Part shown: one piece after another, positions 31,161-39,408 of the stretch
Layout: each line of letters begins with the position of its first letter
Position numbering within the stretch: the stretch's first letter is position 1
DNA from: Candidatus Limnocylindrales bacterium
GTDB lineage: Bacteria; Chloroflexota; Limnocylindria; Limnocylindrales; CSP1-4
Reading direction: 5' to 3'
NCBI GenBank assembly: GCA_035717785.1
Contig: DASTIG010000133.1
Coordinates: forward strand, 1-59,696
Length of the DNA stretch: 59,696 nucleotides
Position numbers and translations under genes: made by a program
The notes under the pieces: model-generated
Database searches by the model: none
What the model was told of the DNA's origin: nothing
What the model saw: the letters and a program-made list of their open reading frames with translations, nothing else

Positions 31161-31714
31161 GCGTGGCGCGCAGGGTCGTTGCGCGCGCCACTGCGGCCGT
31201 CGCGGCCGCCGTCGTTCTCGTGGGCGCGTGTGCACCGAATGGAACGCCCGCCGTGACGCCGCGACCCGCGGTCGCGACCGGCGGCCCGACCCGAACCGTC
31301 GGCCCGGTCGTCGCCCAGACCCGGGCAGATCTGGTCCGGGTGCTCGGTGGGCGCAACCTCGTCCTCCAGGATTCGGCGGCGCAGTTCCGCCCGCCGGAGG
31401 ACGCGCAGTTCACCACCACACCGCGGGCGCTGTACCAGGTGATCCTGCCGCAGGCCCCCGAGGAAGGCTTCATCGTCGTGTACGAGTTCAGGGACCCGAC
31501 GACGGCCGCCGAGGCGGCGACGGCGCAGGCCGCCTATCTCGCCACAGGCCCGGCAAAGGTCCAGTCGGCCCTCGGGGCGCGCCACATCATCCGGCTCGTG
31601 GGAGCGACCGTCGTGCTGTACTCGTGGGTCCCGGAGGGCGCCGAGGATCCACTCCAGCCGGACATCCAGGCCGCGCTCGAGACGCTGGGAACGGGCGTGC
31701 CGGTCCCGTCCTGA
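31145..31714 (+). CDS. Putative lipoprotein
   Basis: MAARLSVARRVVARATAAVAAAVVLVGAC: signal peptide with a lipobox-like VGAC. ATG at 31145 overlaps the HIT gene end. Confidence 0.55.
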   Translation: MAARLSVARRVVARATAAVAAAVVLVGACAPNGTPAVTPRPAVATGGPTRTVGPVVAQTRADLVRVLGGRNLVLQDSAAQFRPPEDAQFTTTPRALYQVILPQAPEEGFIVVYEFRDPTTAAEAATAQAAYLATGPAKVQSALGARHIIRLVGATVVLYSWVPEGAEDPLQPDIQAALETLGTGVPVPS

Positions 31715-31754
31715 TGGCGGATCCGCGCGCTGACTCCCTGCGCGCCGTCGGCCG

Positions 31755-33392
31755 TCAGGCCCGGTCGCCGACCGCCGTCCGCAGCGGCGTCCCGGTGGCA
31801 GCCCATTTCCGGATGGGATCGCGCTTGATCTTGAGGGTGTGGGTCCGCGGGTAGTCCGCGTCCGGCCATTGCCGCCAGCCGGCGATCCGCTGATTGGGGC
31901 CCAGGGTCGCGTTGGCGGCCTTGACCGCCATCTCGACGCGTGACTTCGTCGCGGCCGCGTCCTCGCCATCGAGGGCCAGCACGACCGCCTCGATCCGGCC
32001 CGGGGCGGTCTCGATGACCACCGCGTCGCGGAGGTCGGCGATCCGGAGCGCGTTCTCGATGTCCTCGGGGTACACGTTGAAGCCGTTGGGCAGCACGATC
32101 ATGTCCTTGATCCGGCCGCTGAGGATCAGCCGCCCCGCGTCGTCGTAATGGCCGAGATCGCCGGTCTTGTACCACCCATCCTCGGTGAAGGCCTGGGCCG
32201 TCAGCTCCGGGGCGTTCCAGTACCCCTTGAACACAGGCCGGCCGCGGAACTGGATCTCGCCATCAGAAGCGATGCGCATCTCGATCCCTTCGGGCACACG
32301 GCCGACGGTGCCGGGCTCGTGATCCGCGAGCGTCCCGCAGGCGCCGGTGCCCGTTTCGGTCGTGCCGTAGCCCTGCAGGATGGTCACACCGATGTCCTCC
32401 CACGACTGCTGCAGCGCGGGCGGGAGGAACGCTCCGGATGAAAGGAACAGCCGGAAATGGCCGCCGAGCTGCTGGTGGATGCTGCGGAACAGGAGCCGCC
32501 GGATCGCGAACGGCAGGTGGCGCGCGATGCCTCGGAGCCGTTCAACCATCGCGGTGCGGCCGCGCTTGGCGATCTCGCGCGCGATCGCGCTCCAGAACAG
32601 GTCGAGCACCTGGGGCACGACGACCATGCTCGTGACCCGATGGTCGCGCAGGGCGTCGAAGATGACCCGTGGGTTCCGGCTCCGGACATAGAGCACGTCG
32701 GCGCCGACATCGAGCGCGTAGTACAGCGTGACCGCCTGTTCGAGCAGGTGCGAGAGGGGGAGCAGCGAGACGATCCGGTGCTCCATCGGCGGCACGATGC
32801 GGTGGAACGACTCGATCGATGCGACGACGTTGTCGTGCGCCAGACGGACGCCCTTGGGCGTGCCCGTGGTCCCGCTCGTGAACACGAGCTCGAAAAGCTC
32901 ATCGGCCGTGGGGCGCTTCCAGGCCGCCTGGCGCGCCTCCCAGTCGGCCGGGAAGACCGGGTCGTCCTCGGCCGGTTCGGCCGTCAGTGCGTCCACCGTC
33001 GTGGTCGGGAAATCGGCCAGACCGGCCTCCTGCGGATCGGGGGCGTCGCGCCCGGTGCCGAGGACGAGGTGCCGGGCACCAGACGCCCGGACGATCGTGT
33101 CGATCGCGTCGCTGGACATCCGCAGATCGAGCGGGACGATGACGAGCCGGGCGTGCATCGCCCCGAAATAGGCGGCGGGCAACTCGGGCGTCGACGGGCT
33201 CCAGGTCAGGATCCGGTCGCCCGGCTCCAGGTCGAGAGCGCGCAGCCGCCAGGCGGCGATCCGCGACCGCCGATCGAGATCCCGGTAGGTCCAGGTCGTG
33301 GTCGATCCGTCGTCATGGCGGACGCCGAGCGCGGGCCGGTCGCCGTAGCGCGCCACGGCGGTCTCGAGCAGGTCGATCAGGGTTCGCGACAA
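31755..33392 (-). CDS. AMP-dependent synthetase/ligase (long-chain acyl-CoA ligase-like)
   Basis: FTSGTTGTPKGV (AMP-binding motif), GYGTTE, YKTGD, LKIKR. Confidence 0.85.
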   Translation of the reverse strand: MSRTLIDLLETAVARYGDRPALGVRHDDGSTTTWTYRDLDRRSRIAAWRLRALDLEPGDRILTWSPSTPELPAAYFGAMHARLVIVPLDLRMSSDAIDTIVRASGARHLVLGTGRDAPDPQEAGLADFPTTTVDALTAEPAEDDPVFPADWEARQAAWKRPTADELFELVFTSGTTGTPKGVRLAHDNVVASIESFHRIVPPMEHRIVSLLPLSHLLEQAVTLYYALDVGADVLYVRSRNPRVIFDALRDHRVTSMVVVPQVLDLFWSAIAREIAKRGRTAMVERLRGIARHLPFAIRRLLFRSIHQQLGGHFRLFLSSGAFLPPALQQSWEDIGVTILQGYGTTETGTGACGTLADHEPGTVGRVPEGIEMRIASDGEIQFRGRPVFKGYWNAPELTAQAFTEDGWYKTGDLGHYDDAGRLILSGRIKDMIVLPNGFNVYPEDIENALRIADLRDAVVIETAPGRIEAVVLALDGEDAAATKSRVEMAVKAANATLGPNQRIAGWRQWPDADYPRTHTLKIKRDPIRKWAATGTPLRTAVGDRA

Positions 33393-33522
33393 CGGCGTAC
33401 CTCGGGCGTGACGGGTCGTCGCATCCTACGACGTGCGAGTCGATGCATCGCTGCCGATCGGGCACGCCCTCGACGTCGCGGCGACGGCCCCCGCGTGACA
33501 CCCAGTCGCTAGGATCGGTGCG

Positions 33523-34338
33523 ATGCACCCGATCCTGGTCGAGCTCGGTCCCTGGCGCATCCTGACCCATGACGCCTTCACCTTCGTCGCCCTGGCCGTC
33601 GGACTGGCCCTCTACTACCGCGACCTCCGTCGCCGGGGCTGGCTCGACCAGACGATCGTCGCGATCTCCATCGCCGCCATCGCGGGCGCGTTGATCGGCG
33701 CGAGGCTGGTCACGGCTTGGGAGCATCTCGAGTACTACGCGGCGATGGATGGCATGCCTTTGACGGTCGCCATCGAGCACAGCGGCAAGAGCCTCATCGG
33801 AGCGCTCGCCGGCGGGTACGTGGCGACGGCGCTGGCCAAGCGCGCGGCCGGCTACACGCGTTCGACTGGCGACGCCTATCTCCTGGCGATCCCCGTGGCG
33901 ACTGCCATCGGTCGCATCGGATGCTTCTTGTCCGAGTTGCCGCTCGGCACCCCGACTGACCTCCCGTGGGGGATGACGGTGTCGGCCGAGGCCGCCGCGA
34001 CCTTCGCCCGCTGCCCCGGCTGCGACCTGCCGATGCACCCATCGATGCTGTACGAGATCGCCTTCAACGTCATCGCGGCGGTGGTCATCGTCCGGTACCG
34101 CGATCGCGTCACGGTCCCGGGCGACGGGCTTCGGCTGTATCTGCTTGCCGCCGGGGTCTTCCGGTTCCTCGTCGAGTTCGTCCGCGGGAACGAACCCCAG
34201 GCTTTCGGGTTGACCGGACCGCAGTGGGTCCTGATCCCGCTCATCGGGCTGCTCATCGTTCATTTCGTCCGTCAATGGCGGCGCGGGGCCTATGCCGTCC
34301 CGCCGGCGCCCGTCCCGCTCCCGCTCGGAGGGACCTAG
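33523..34338 (+). CDS. lgt: Lgt-family prolipoprotein diacylglyceryl transferase homologue
   Basis: GRIGCFLSE, PWGM, HPSMLYE, GVFRFLVEFVRGNE. Multi-TM. First gene of a 4-gene operon. Confidence 0.7.
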   Translation: MHPILVELGPWRILTHDAFTFVALAVGLALYYRDLRRRGWLDQTIVAISIAAIAGALIGARLVTAWEHLEYYAAMDGMPLTVAIEHSGKSLIGALAGGYVATALAKRAAGYTRSTGDAYLLAIPVATAIGRIGCFLSELPLGTPTDLPWGMTVSAEAAATFARCPGCDLPMHPSMLYEIAFNVIAAVVIVRYRDRVTVPGDGLRLYLLAAGVFRFLVEFVRGNEPQAFGLTGPQWVLIPLIGLLIVHFVRQWRRGAYAVPPAPVPLPLGGT

Positions 34339-34341
34339 ACC

Positions 34342-34836
34342 ATGACCGAGGAACGAGGCCCGACCGTCCCGGCCGTCGAGGAGGACCGGATCGGTGTCCT
34401 GGCTGCCTATGTCCAGACGAACCGCGATCGATTCACTGACGAGGCCCTGCTCAAGGCGGCGCAGACCGCCGGCTACACCGACGCCGAGATCGCGGCCGCG
34501 TGGTCCGCCGCTGCCGACCCGAGCAGGTCCATCCCGACCGAGCGTCGGACGAATGTCGGTGCGGTCATCGCGATCGCTGTCGGTTTTGCGATCGCCGTTT
34601 ATGGCGCAGCCGCTCTCCTCGGCTTGCTCGGGGTGGGCGACATCGCCGCGATCGTCGGGATCGGGCTCCTGCTGGCGGGGATGGTCGGCTGGGTCCTGTT
34701 GCGCGACTCGCGGCCGTCGCTGGCGGCCGGGCTCGGTTGGGGCGTCCTCATCGCCGTCGGCCTGCCGATCGTCGTCGTCCTTGGCATCCTCGGGATATGC
34801 CTCGTCGGGGCCAGCATCCCGATCGCACCCCAGTGA
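34342..34836 (+). CDS. Hypothetical membrane protein (soluble N-terminal domain plus 3-4 TM)
   Basis: Starts 3 nt after the lgt-like stop. GC3-rich. No family recognised. Confidence 0.55.
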   Translation: MTEERGPTVPAVEEDRIGVLAAYVQTNRDRFTDEALLKAAQTAGYTDAEIAAAWSAAADPSRSIPTERRTNVGAVIAIAVGFAIAVYGAAALLGLLGVGDIAAIVGIGLLLAGMVGWVLLRDSRPSLAAGLGWGVLIAVGLPIVVVLGILGICLVGASIPIAPQ

Positions 34837-34847
34837 CGGAGGTCGCC

Positions 34848-36416
34848 ATGCTCGCTCTGCGCCCGTATCTCCCGCTGCGCATGGTGCTGACGGTCTGTGG
34901 CCACTGCTTCAGCGAGGACCCCGATCGCGACATCGACTACGAGACCGACATCGTGCAGGGCAACCTCGTCGCAATGGACGGTGCGGTCTACCTGCGACGG
35001 ACGTGCCGGCGTGGCCACGGCGAGGTCATGAGCCTGTACGAAGAGGATCATCGACGCTGGGAATACCTCCAGCAATGGCGCACTCCGACGCGCGAGATCA
35101 TCCCGGACACCATCGGCAATGCGGCGCCGATCCCGATGGGTTATGCCGACGGTCTGGGCGACCTCCAGACCCAGCACTCGTGCGTGCTGCTGTTGGACAT
35201 CACCGAGAACTGCAATCTCGAATGCCCGACGTGCTTCGCCGCCGCCGCTCCCGGCATCGGCCGTTTCGCGCGGCTGCCGCACATCCTCCGATCGCTCGAT
35301 GCCTCGATCCTGCGCGAAGGCGGCCGGATCGACGTGCTGATGCTGTCCGGCGGGGAGCCGACGGTCCATCCCGAGGTGCTCGAGATCATCGAAGCCGCGA
35401 CCGAGCGGAACGTCACGCGCGTGATCCTCAACACGAACGGCATCCGGATCGCGAAGGACGACCGGTTTCTGGCGGCCCTGGGACGACTCCGCGGCCGTGT
35501 CGAGGTGTATCTCCAGTTCGACGGCTTCGAGCTGGATTCACACCTGTACCACCGGGGCGAGGATCTTCGTGACATCAAGGCCGAGGCGCTCCGGCGTCTT
35601 GCCGCGGAGCGGGTCTTCACGACGCTGGCCGTCGCCGTCGCGGAGGGCGTCAACGACCGCGAGGTCGGCGCGATCGCGGACTTCGCCCTTGGCACCGATT
35701 ACATCGCCGGGGTCGCCTTCCAGCCGGTCTTCGGGTCGGGCCGGATGAGTCCGATCGACCCGATGCGTCGCGTCACGACCACGGGGACCCTCAACAGGCT
35801 CGGCGAGCAGACCGCCGATCGCGTCGGGCCGGACGATTTCATCGCGTTGCCGTGCTCCCACCCCGATTGCTCATCGATCACCTATTTCATCCGGGGCGAC
35901 AGCGGTGAGTGGCGGTCCGTCCCGCGCATGCTTGGGGAGGATCGCCTGAAGGAGTACCTCGGGCTGGTCTCGAACCGGATCGCCCCCGACGACGCGATGT
36001 GGGCGGCGCTCGTCGGCATGATGTCCGAGACCACGCTCGTGTCCCGCCCGGAGCTGGTCGATCACCTCCTCCGAGTGTGCGATGCATGCGACCTCGGGGT
36101 GACCGGCTTCGTGAAATCGCTCGGAAGGTGGTTGTTCGACCGCGAGGCCGCGGTCCAGGAGATCGCGCTGCGGGTCAAGCGCTTCTCGGTCAAGTCGTTC
36201 ATGGATGCCTGGACACTGAACGTCGAGCGGTTGCAGCAATGCTGCGTCCATGTCGGGTCGACCGACGGCGAGGCCAACCCCGTTCGCGTCCCGTTCTGTG
36301 CCCGACAGCTCTTCGGGGGGCTGCGAAGGACCACATCGGCGGGCATGGTGCCGGCGCGCGAGCTGGTGTCGCTCGATGACGTCCGTGCCCGCCGATCCGC
36401 GGCGGTGCGGCCATGA
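34848..36416 (+). CDS. Radical SAM enzyme with N-terminal Cys/His knuckle, MJ0619/Tes-like (class D) architecture
   Basis: GGAGG RBS plus ATG at 34848 (the track start at 34500 is rejected). CGHC...CRRGHG knuckle. CNLECPTC (nt 35221-35244). LSGGEPT, NTNGI, VYLQFDG. C-terminal Cys set PCSHPDC, CDAC, QQCC, PFC. Confidence 0.75.
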   Translation: MLALRPYLPLRMVLTVCGHCFSEDPDRDIDYETDIVQGNLVAMDGAVYLRRTCRRGHGEVMSLYEEDHRRWEYLQQWRTPTREIIPDTIGNAAPIPMGYADGLGDLQTQHSCVLLLDITENCNLECPTCFAAAAPGIGRFARLPHILRSLDASILREGGRIDVLMLSGGEPTVHPEVLEIIEAATERNVTRVILNTNGIRIAKDDRFLAALGRLRGRVEVYLQFDGFELDSHLYHRGEDLRDIKAEALRRLAAERVFTTLAVAVAEGVNDREVGAIADFALGTDYIAGVAFQPVFGSGRMSPIDPMRRVTTTGTLNRLGEQTADRVGPDDFIALPCSHPDCSSITYFIRGDSGEWRSVPRMLGEDRLKEYLGLVSNRIAPDDAMWAALVGMMSETTLVSRPELVDHLLRVCDACDLGVTGFVKSLGRWLFDREAAVQEIALRVKRFSVKSFMDAWTLNVERLQQCCVHVGSTDGEANPVRVPFCARQLFGGLRRTTSAGMVPARELVSLDDVRARRSAAVRP

Positions 36417-36739
36417 GCGCCGCACCCGCGGGGACGGTCGGGCCCGCCACCTACGTCCGACCGCCCCTGACCCAGCCGGAGAAGTACGAACGCATGGCGT
36501 TCACGTTCTGCCGGATGGGGACGGTCGGCTTGATCGCCTGGGTCGTCACGCCGGCCGTCTTCGTCCTGGTCGTGGCGGTTGTCGCGATCGTTCTCTACGC
36601 GAAGTCGATCACGCTCGGCGTGTCGTGGAGCAAATGCTTCCTGCGTCGGCCCACGCTGATCATCGGGTTCTGGGCCGCGATCGCGGTCGCCGATCTGGTG
36701 TGGCTCTTCGTCCTGGGACAACGCTGGCCCGTAGGTTAA
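36413..36739 (+). CDS. Small membrane protein (108 aa, 2-3 TM), translationally coupled to the radical SAM gene
   Basis: ATGA overlap. Hydrophobic GLIAWVVTPAVFVLVVAVVAIVLY and LIIGFWAAIAVADLVWLFVL. Confidence 0.55.
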   Translation: MSAAPAGTVGPATYVRPPLTQPEKYERMAFTFCRMGTVGLIAWVVTPAVFVLVVAVVAIVLYAKSITLGVSWSKCFLRRPTLIIGFWAAIAVADLVWLFVLGQRWPVG

Positions 36740-36778
36740 GCCGGAGCCCGCGAAGCAGGCGCGCTCGCCCCGCGCTCG

Positions 36779-37246
36779 TCACCCGGAGCCCATCGACCGG
36801 AGGCGCGCCCGATGTCGGTCCGTCAGATCCCGCATGGCGTCGAGCTGATCGCGCATCACCACGAGCTGATCCACTGTGAAGCCTTCAAGGATGGGGGATC
36901 CGTCGGCGACCAGCGGCCCGTAGAGGACGCCGACGCGTTCCAGGCCGCGTTCCGTGAACTCGACGAGGACGTGTCGCCGGTCGCTGTCGTGGCGCCGCCG
37001 TCGCACGAAGTCCTTGCGCTCGAGGCGGTCGATCAGCGAGGTCGTCGCCGCAGCGGATAGTCCAGTCGCCTCGGCGAGCCGCGTCGCGGTCATCGGCCCT
37101 TCGGTAAGCCAGTCGAGGCAGCGCAGGTCCGTGGGGTTGAGTCCCAGGACGCGGCCGACCTCGTCATCGAATGCTTGCGTGCTGCGCTGGTACGCCTGCA
37201 ACGCCCGCCCGACCTCGGCGATGAGCGGTTGACGTTTCGCGGGCAT
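36779..37246 (-). CDS. MarR family transcriptional regulator
   Basis: Winged-helix pattern LRCLDWL...GPMTATRLAEATGLSAATTSLIDRLE...FVRRRRH..DRR.V. Confidence 0.85.
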   Translation of the reverse strand: MPAKRQPLIAEVGRALQAYQRSTQAFDDEVGRVLGLNPTDLRCLDWLTEGPMTATRLAEATGLSAAATTSLIDRLERKDFVRRRRHDSDRRHVLVEFTERGLERVGVLYGPLVADGSPILEGFTVDQLVVMRDQLDAMRDLTDRHRARLRSMGSG

Positions 37247-37264
37247 CCGTCATATCCTTCGACT

Positions 37265-37279
37265 ATCGAATGATTCGAT
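37265..37279. promoter_or_regulatory. Perfect palindrome ATCGAAT-G-ATTCGAT in the MarR/monooxygenase divergent intergenic region (candidate MarR operator)
   Basis: Read directly. A further half-site CGAATCAT follows at 37283-37290. The AT-rich patch is atypical for this GC-rich DNA. Confidence 0.6.
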
Positions 37280-37317
37280 AAACGAATCATACCAAAGGCG
37301 TAGGGAAGGGTAACACG

Positions 37318-38538
37318 ATGCACGCATTGATCGTCGGCGCGGGCGTGGCAGGCCCCGTCACCGCTATGGCACTCCAGAAGGCCGGCATCAGCTCTAGGAT
37401 CGTCGAGGCGCACGACGCCGACGGTGGCGATCTCGGCTCGTATTTCACCGTCTCGCCGAACGGTCTTGACGCCCTCGAGGCCATCGGTGCCCTACCTGTC
37501 GCGATCCGGGAGGGTTTCCCGACGCGGCGCAACGTGATGCGCGACAGCTCGGGCCGCGTGCTCGGCGAACTGCCGCTTGGGGCGCCGCTCGCCGACGGCA
37601 CCCCGGCACTCACGATGAAGCGGACGCGCCTGGCGCGGTGCCTCGCCGCTGAGGCCACGCGACGGGGGATCGTGATCGAGTTTGGGCGTCGGCTCCGCGA
37701 CGCGACCCGAGACGGCGATGGGATCGTCGCCAGGATGGAGGATGGTTCGACGGTCTCGGCCGACCTGCTCATCGGTGCGGACGGTGTGCATTCTGTCGTG
37801 CGCCGCCTGATCGATCCGTCAGCCCCCGACGGCCGTTACGTCGGGCTCACGAACTTCGGCGGTGTCACGGCGGCAGGCGCGGTGTCCGATCCCGGTGTCG
37901 AGCCCGAGTCGTGGCAGTTCACATTTGGTCGCCGGGCCTTCTTCGGTGCGCACCTGGCACCGAACGGCGATGTCGTGTGGTTCGTCAACGCGCCGCGCGA
38001 CGCGATCGATCGCGAGGAACGCGCAAGCACATCTCAGGAGACGTGGAAGAGCTGGCTGGCCTCCCTGTTCGACGAGGACGCCGGACCTGCGGCCGACATC
38101 ATCCGGTCGGGGCGCCTCGAACTGGCCGGCGACAGCACGTACGATCTGGGCCACGTTCCCGTGTGGCACCGCGACCTGATGATCGTGATCGGAGATGCCG
38201 CACACGCCCCCGCCCCGAGCTCCGGTCAGGGGGCGTCGATGGCCCTTGAGGACGGCGTCGTCCTCGCGATGGCGCTGCGGGATGCGCCATCGATCGAAGC
38301 GGCATTCGCGGCCTACGAGCAGGCCCGCCGCGAGCGGGTTGAGCGGGTCGTGGCCTACGGCGCGCGCAGCAGCGATTCGAAGATCCCCACCCGGATCGGA
38401 AGGATGGCGCGTGACGCCTTCATGCGGCTCGCCTTCCGCTACCTCGTGACGGAGCGGTCGCTCGCGTGGATGTACGGCCACCGGATCGACTGGGATGCTT
38501 CGGCCGCAACAGCGGCCAAGCCTCTCCGGGCTGATTGA
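37318..38538 (+). CDS. FAD-dependent aromatic-ring monooxygenase (salicylate hydroxylase / UbiH-like)
   Basis: ALIVGAGVAGPVTAMAL (GxGxxG), LIGADGVHSVVR, GDAAHAPAPSSGQGASMALED. Confidence 0.85.
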   Translation: MHALIVGAGVAGPVTAMALQKAGISSRIVEAHDADGGDLGSYFTVSPNGLDALEAIGALPVAIREGFPTRRNVMRDSSGRVLGELPLGAPLADGTPALTMKRTRLARCLAAEATRRGIVIEFGRRLRDATRDGDGIVARMEDGSTVSADLLIGADGVHSVVRRLIDPSAPDGRYVGLTNFGGVTAAGAVSDPGVEPESWQFTFGRRAFFGAHLAPNGDVVWFVNAPRDAIDREERASTSQETWKSWLASLFDEDAGPAADIIRSGRLELAGDSTYDLGHVPVWHRDLMIVIGDAAHAPAPSSGQGASMALEDGVVLAMALRDAPSIEAAFAAYEQARRERVERVVAYGARSSDSKIPTRIGRMARDAFMRLAFRYLVTERSLAWMYGHRIDWDASAATAAKPLRAD

Positions 38539-38667
38539 CCGACCCCGACCCCTCGGGTAGACTCCGGCGGCTCTGGCGGCCCAGGAACGTCGAGCGCGTA
38601 TCTCGGTCGGTCGGCCGCGCACCGGATACGAGAGCACGAGACCCAGGTCGGAGGAGGTGAACACCGA

Positions 38668-38853
38668 TTGGCTGAAGTCCGAGTGGGGGAGAACGAGACG
38701 TTCGAAAGCGCCCTGCGCCGCTTCAACAAGAAGATCCAGCAGAGCGGCATCCTCGCCGAGGCTCGCCGCCGCGAGCATTACGAGAAGCCCTCTGTGAAGC
38801 GCAAGCGCAAGGAAGCGAAGCGCAAGAAGAACGCCCGAACGCAGGTCGGCTGA
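38668..38853 (+). CDS. rpsU: 30S ribosomal protein S21
   Basis: [39 protein letters not shown] start with GGAGGAGG RBS. Confidence 0.9.
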   Translation: MAEVRVGENETFESALRRFNKKIQQSGILAEARRREHYEKPSVKRKRKEAKRKKNARTQVG

Positions 38854-38928
38854 GCGGAGACCATCCGCCGCCGGAGCTCCTGCGGCCCCACGGGCGTCTC
38901 GCACGACCGCCCGAGGTAGCCAAGACCG

Positions 38929-39408
38929 GTGTCCCTTCGAGATCGAGTCCAGACCGACATCACCGCCGCGATGCGCGGGGGTGATTCGCTGCGCCGTGAC
39001 GTTCTACGGATGGCCGCGAATGCCGCGTACAACGTCGAGAAGCGCAACCAGAAGCCGCTCACCGAGGACGAGTTCCTGGCGGTCCTGAGCCGCGAAGTCA
39101 AGACGCGTCGCGAGTCGATCGACGCATACGAAAAGGGCGGTCGGGCAGACCTCGCGTCGAAAGAACAGGCGGAGGTCGACATCCTCACCGAGTACCTGCC
39201 GCAGCCTCTCAGCGAGGCGGAGATCGGCGTGCTCGTCGACGAGGCGATCGCCGCGACCAGTGCAACGAGCGCCCGGGACATGGGCAAGGTCATGGGTTGG
39301 CTCGCTCCGCGGACCCGCGGCCGCGCGGATGGCAAGGTCGTCAGCGGCCTGGTCGCGAGCGCGCTCGCCCGCGCCGACATCGCCGTCCATGATGGCGGCA
39401 CGCACTGA
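38929..39408 (+). CDS. yqeY: GatB/YqeY domain protein
   Basis: L...I...MR.GD..R...LRM.......EK........E.L.VL..E.K.R.ES...Y..GGR.DLA..E..E...L..YLP pattern. Confidence 0.85.
   Translation: MSLRDRVQTDITAAMRGGDSLRRDVLRMAANAAYNVEKRNQKPLTEDEFLAVLSREVKTRRESIDAYEKGGRADLASKEQAEVDILTEYLPQPLSEAEIGVLVDEAIAATSATSARDMGKVMGWLAPRTRGRADGKVVSGLVASALARADIAVHDGGTH

Noticed and set aside
33495-33522. GTGACA ... TAGGAT 7 nt before the lgt-like ATG suggested a leaderless promoter.
   Set aside because: The -35-like hexamer is only 9 nt from the -10-like hexamer and no better -35 exists. Too weak to call as a feature.
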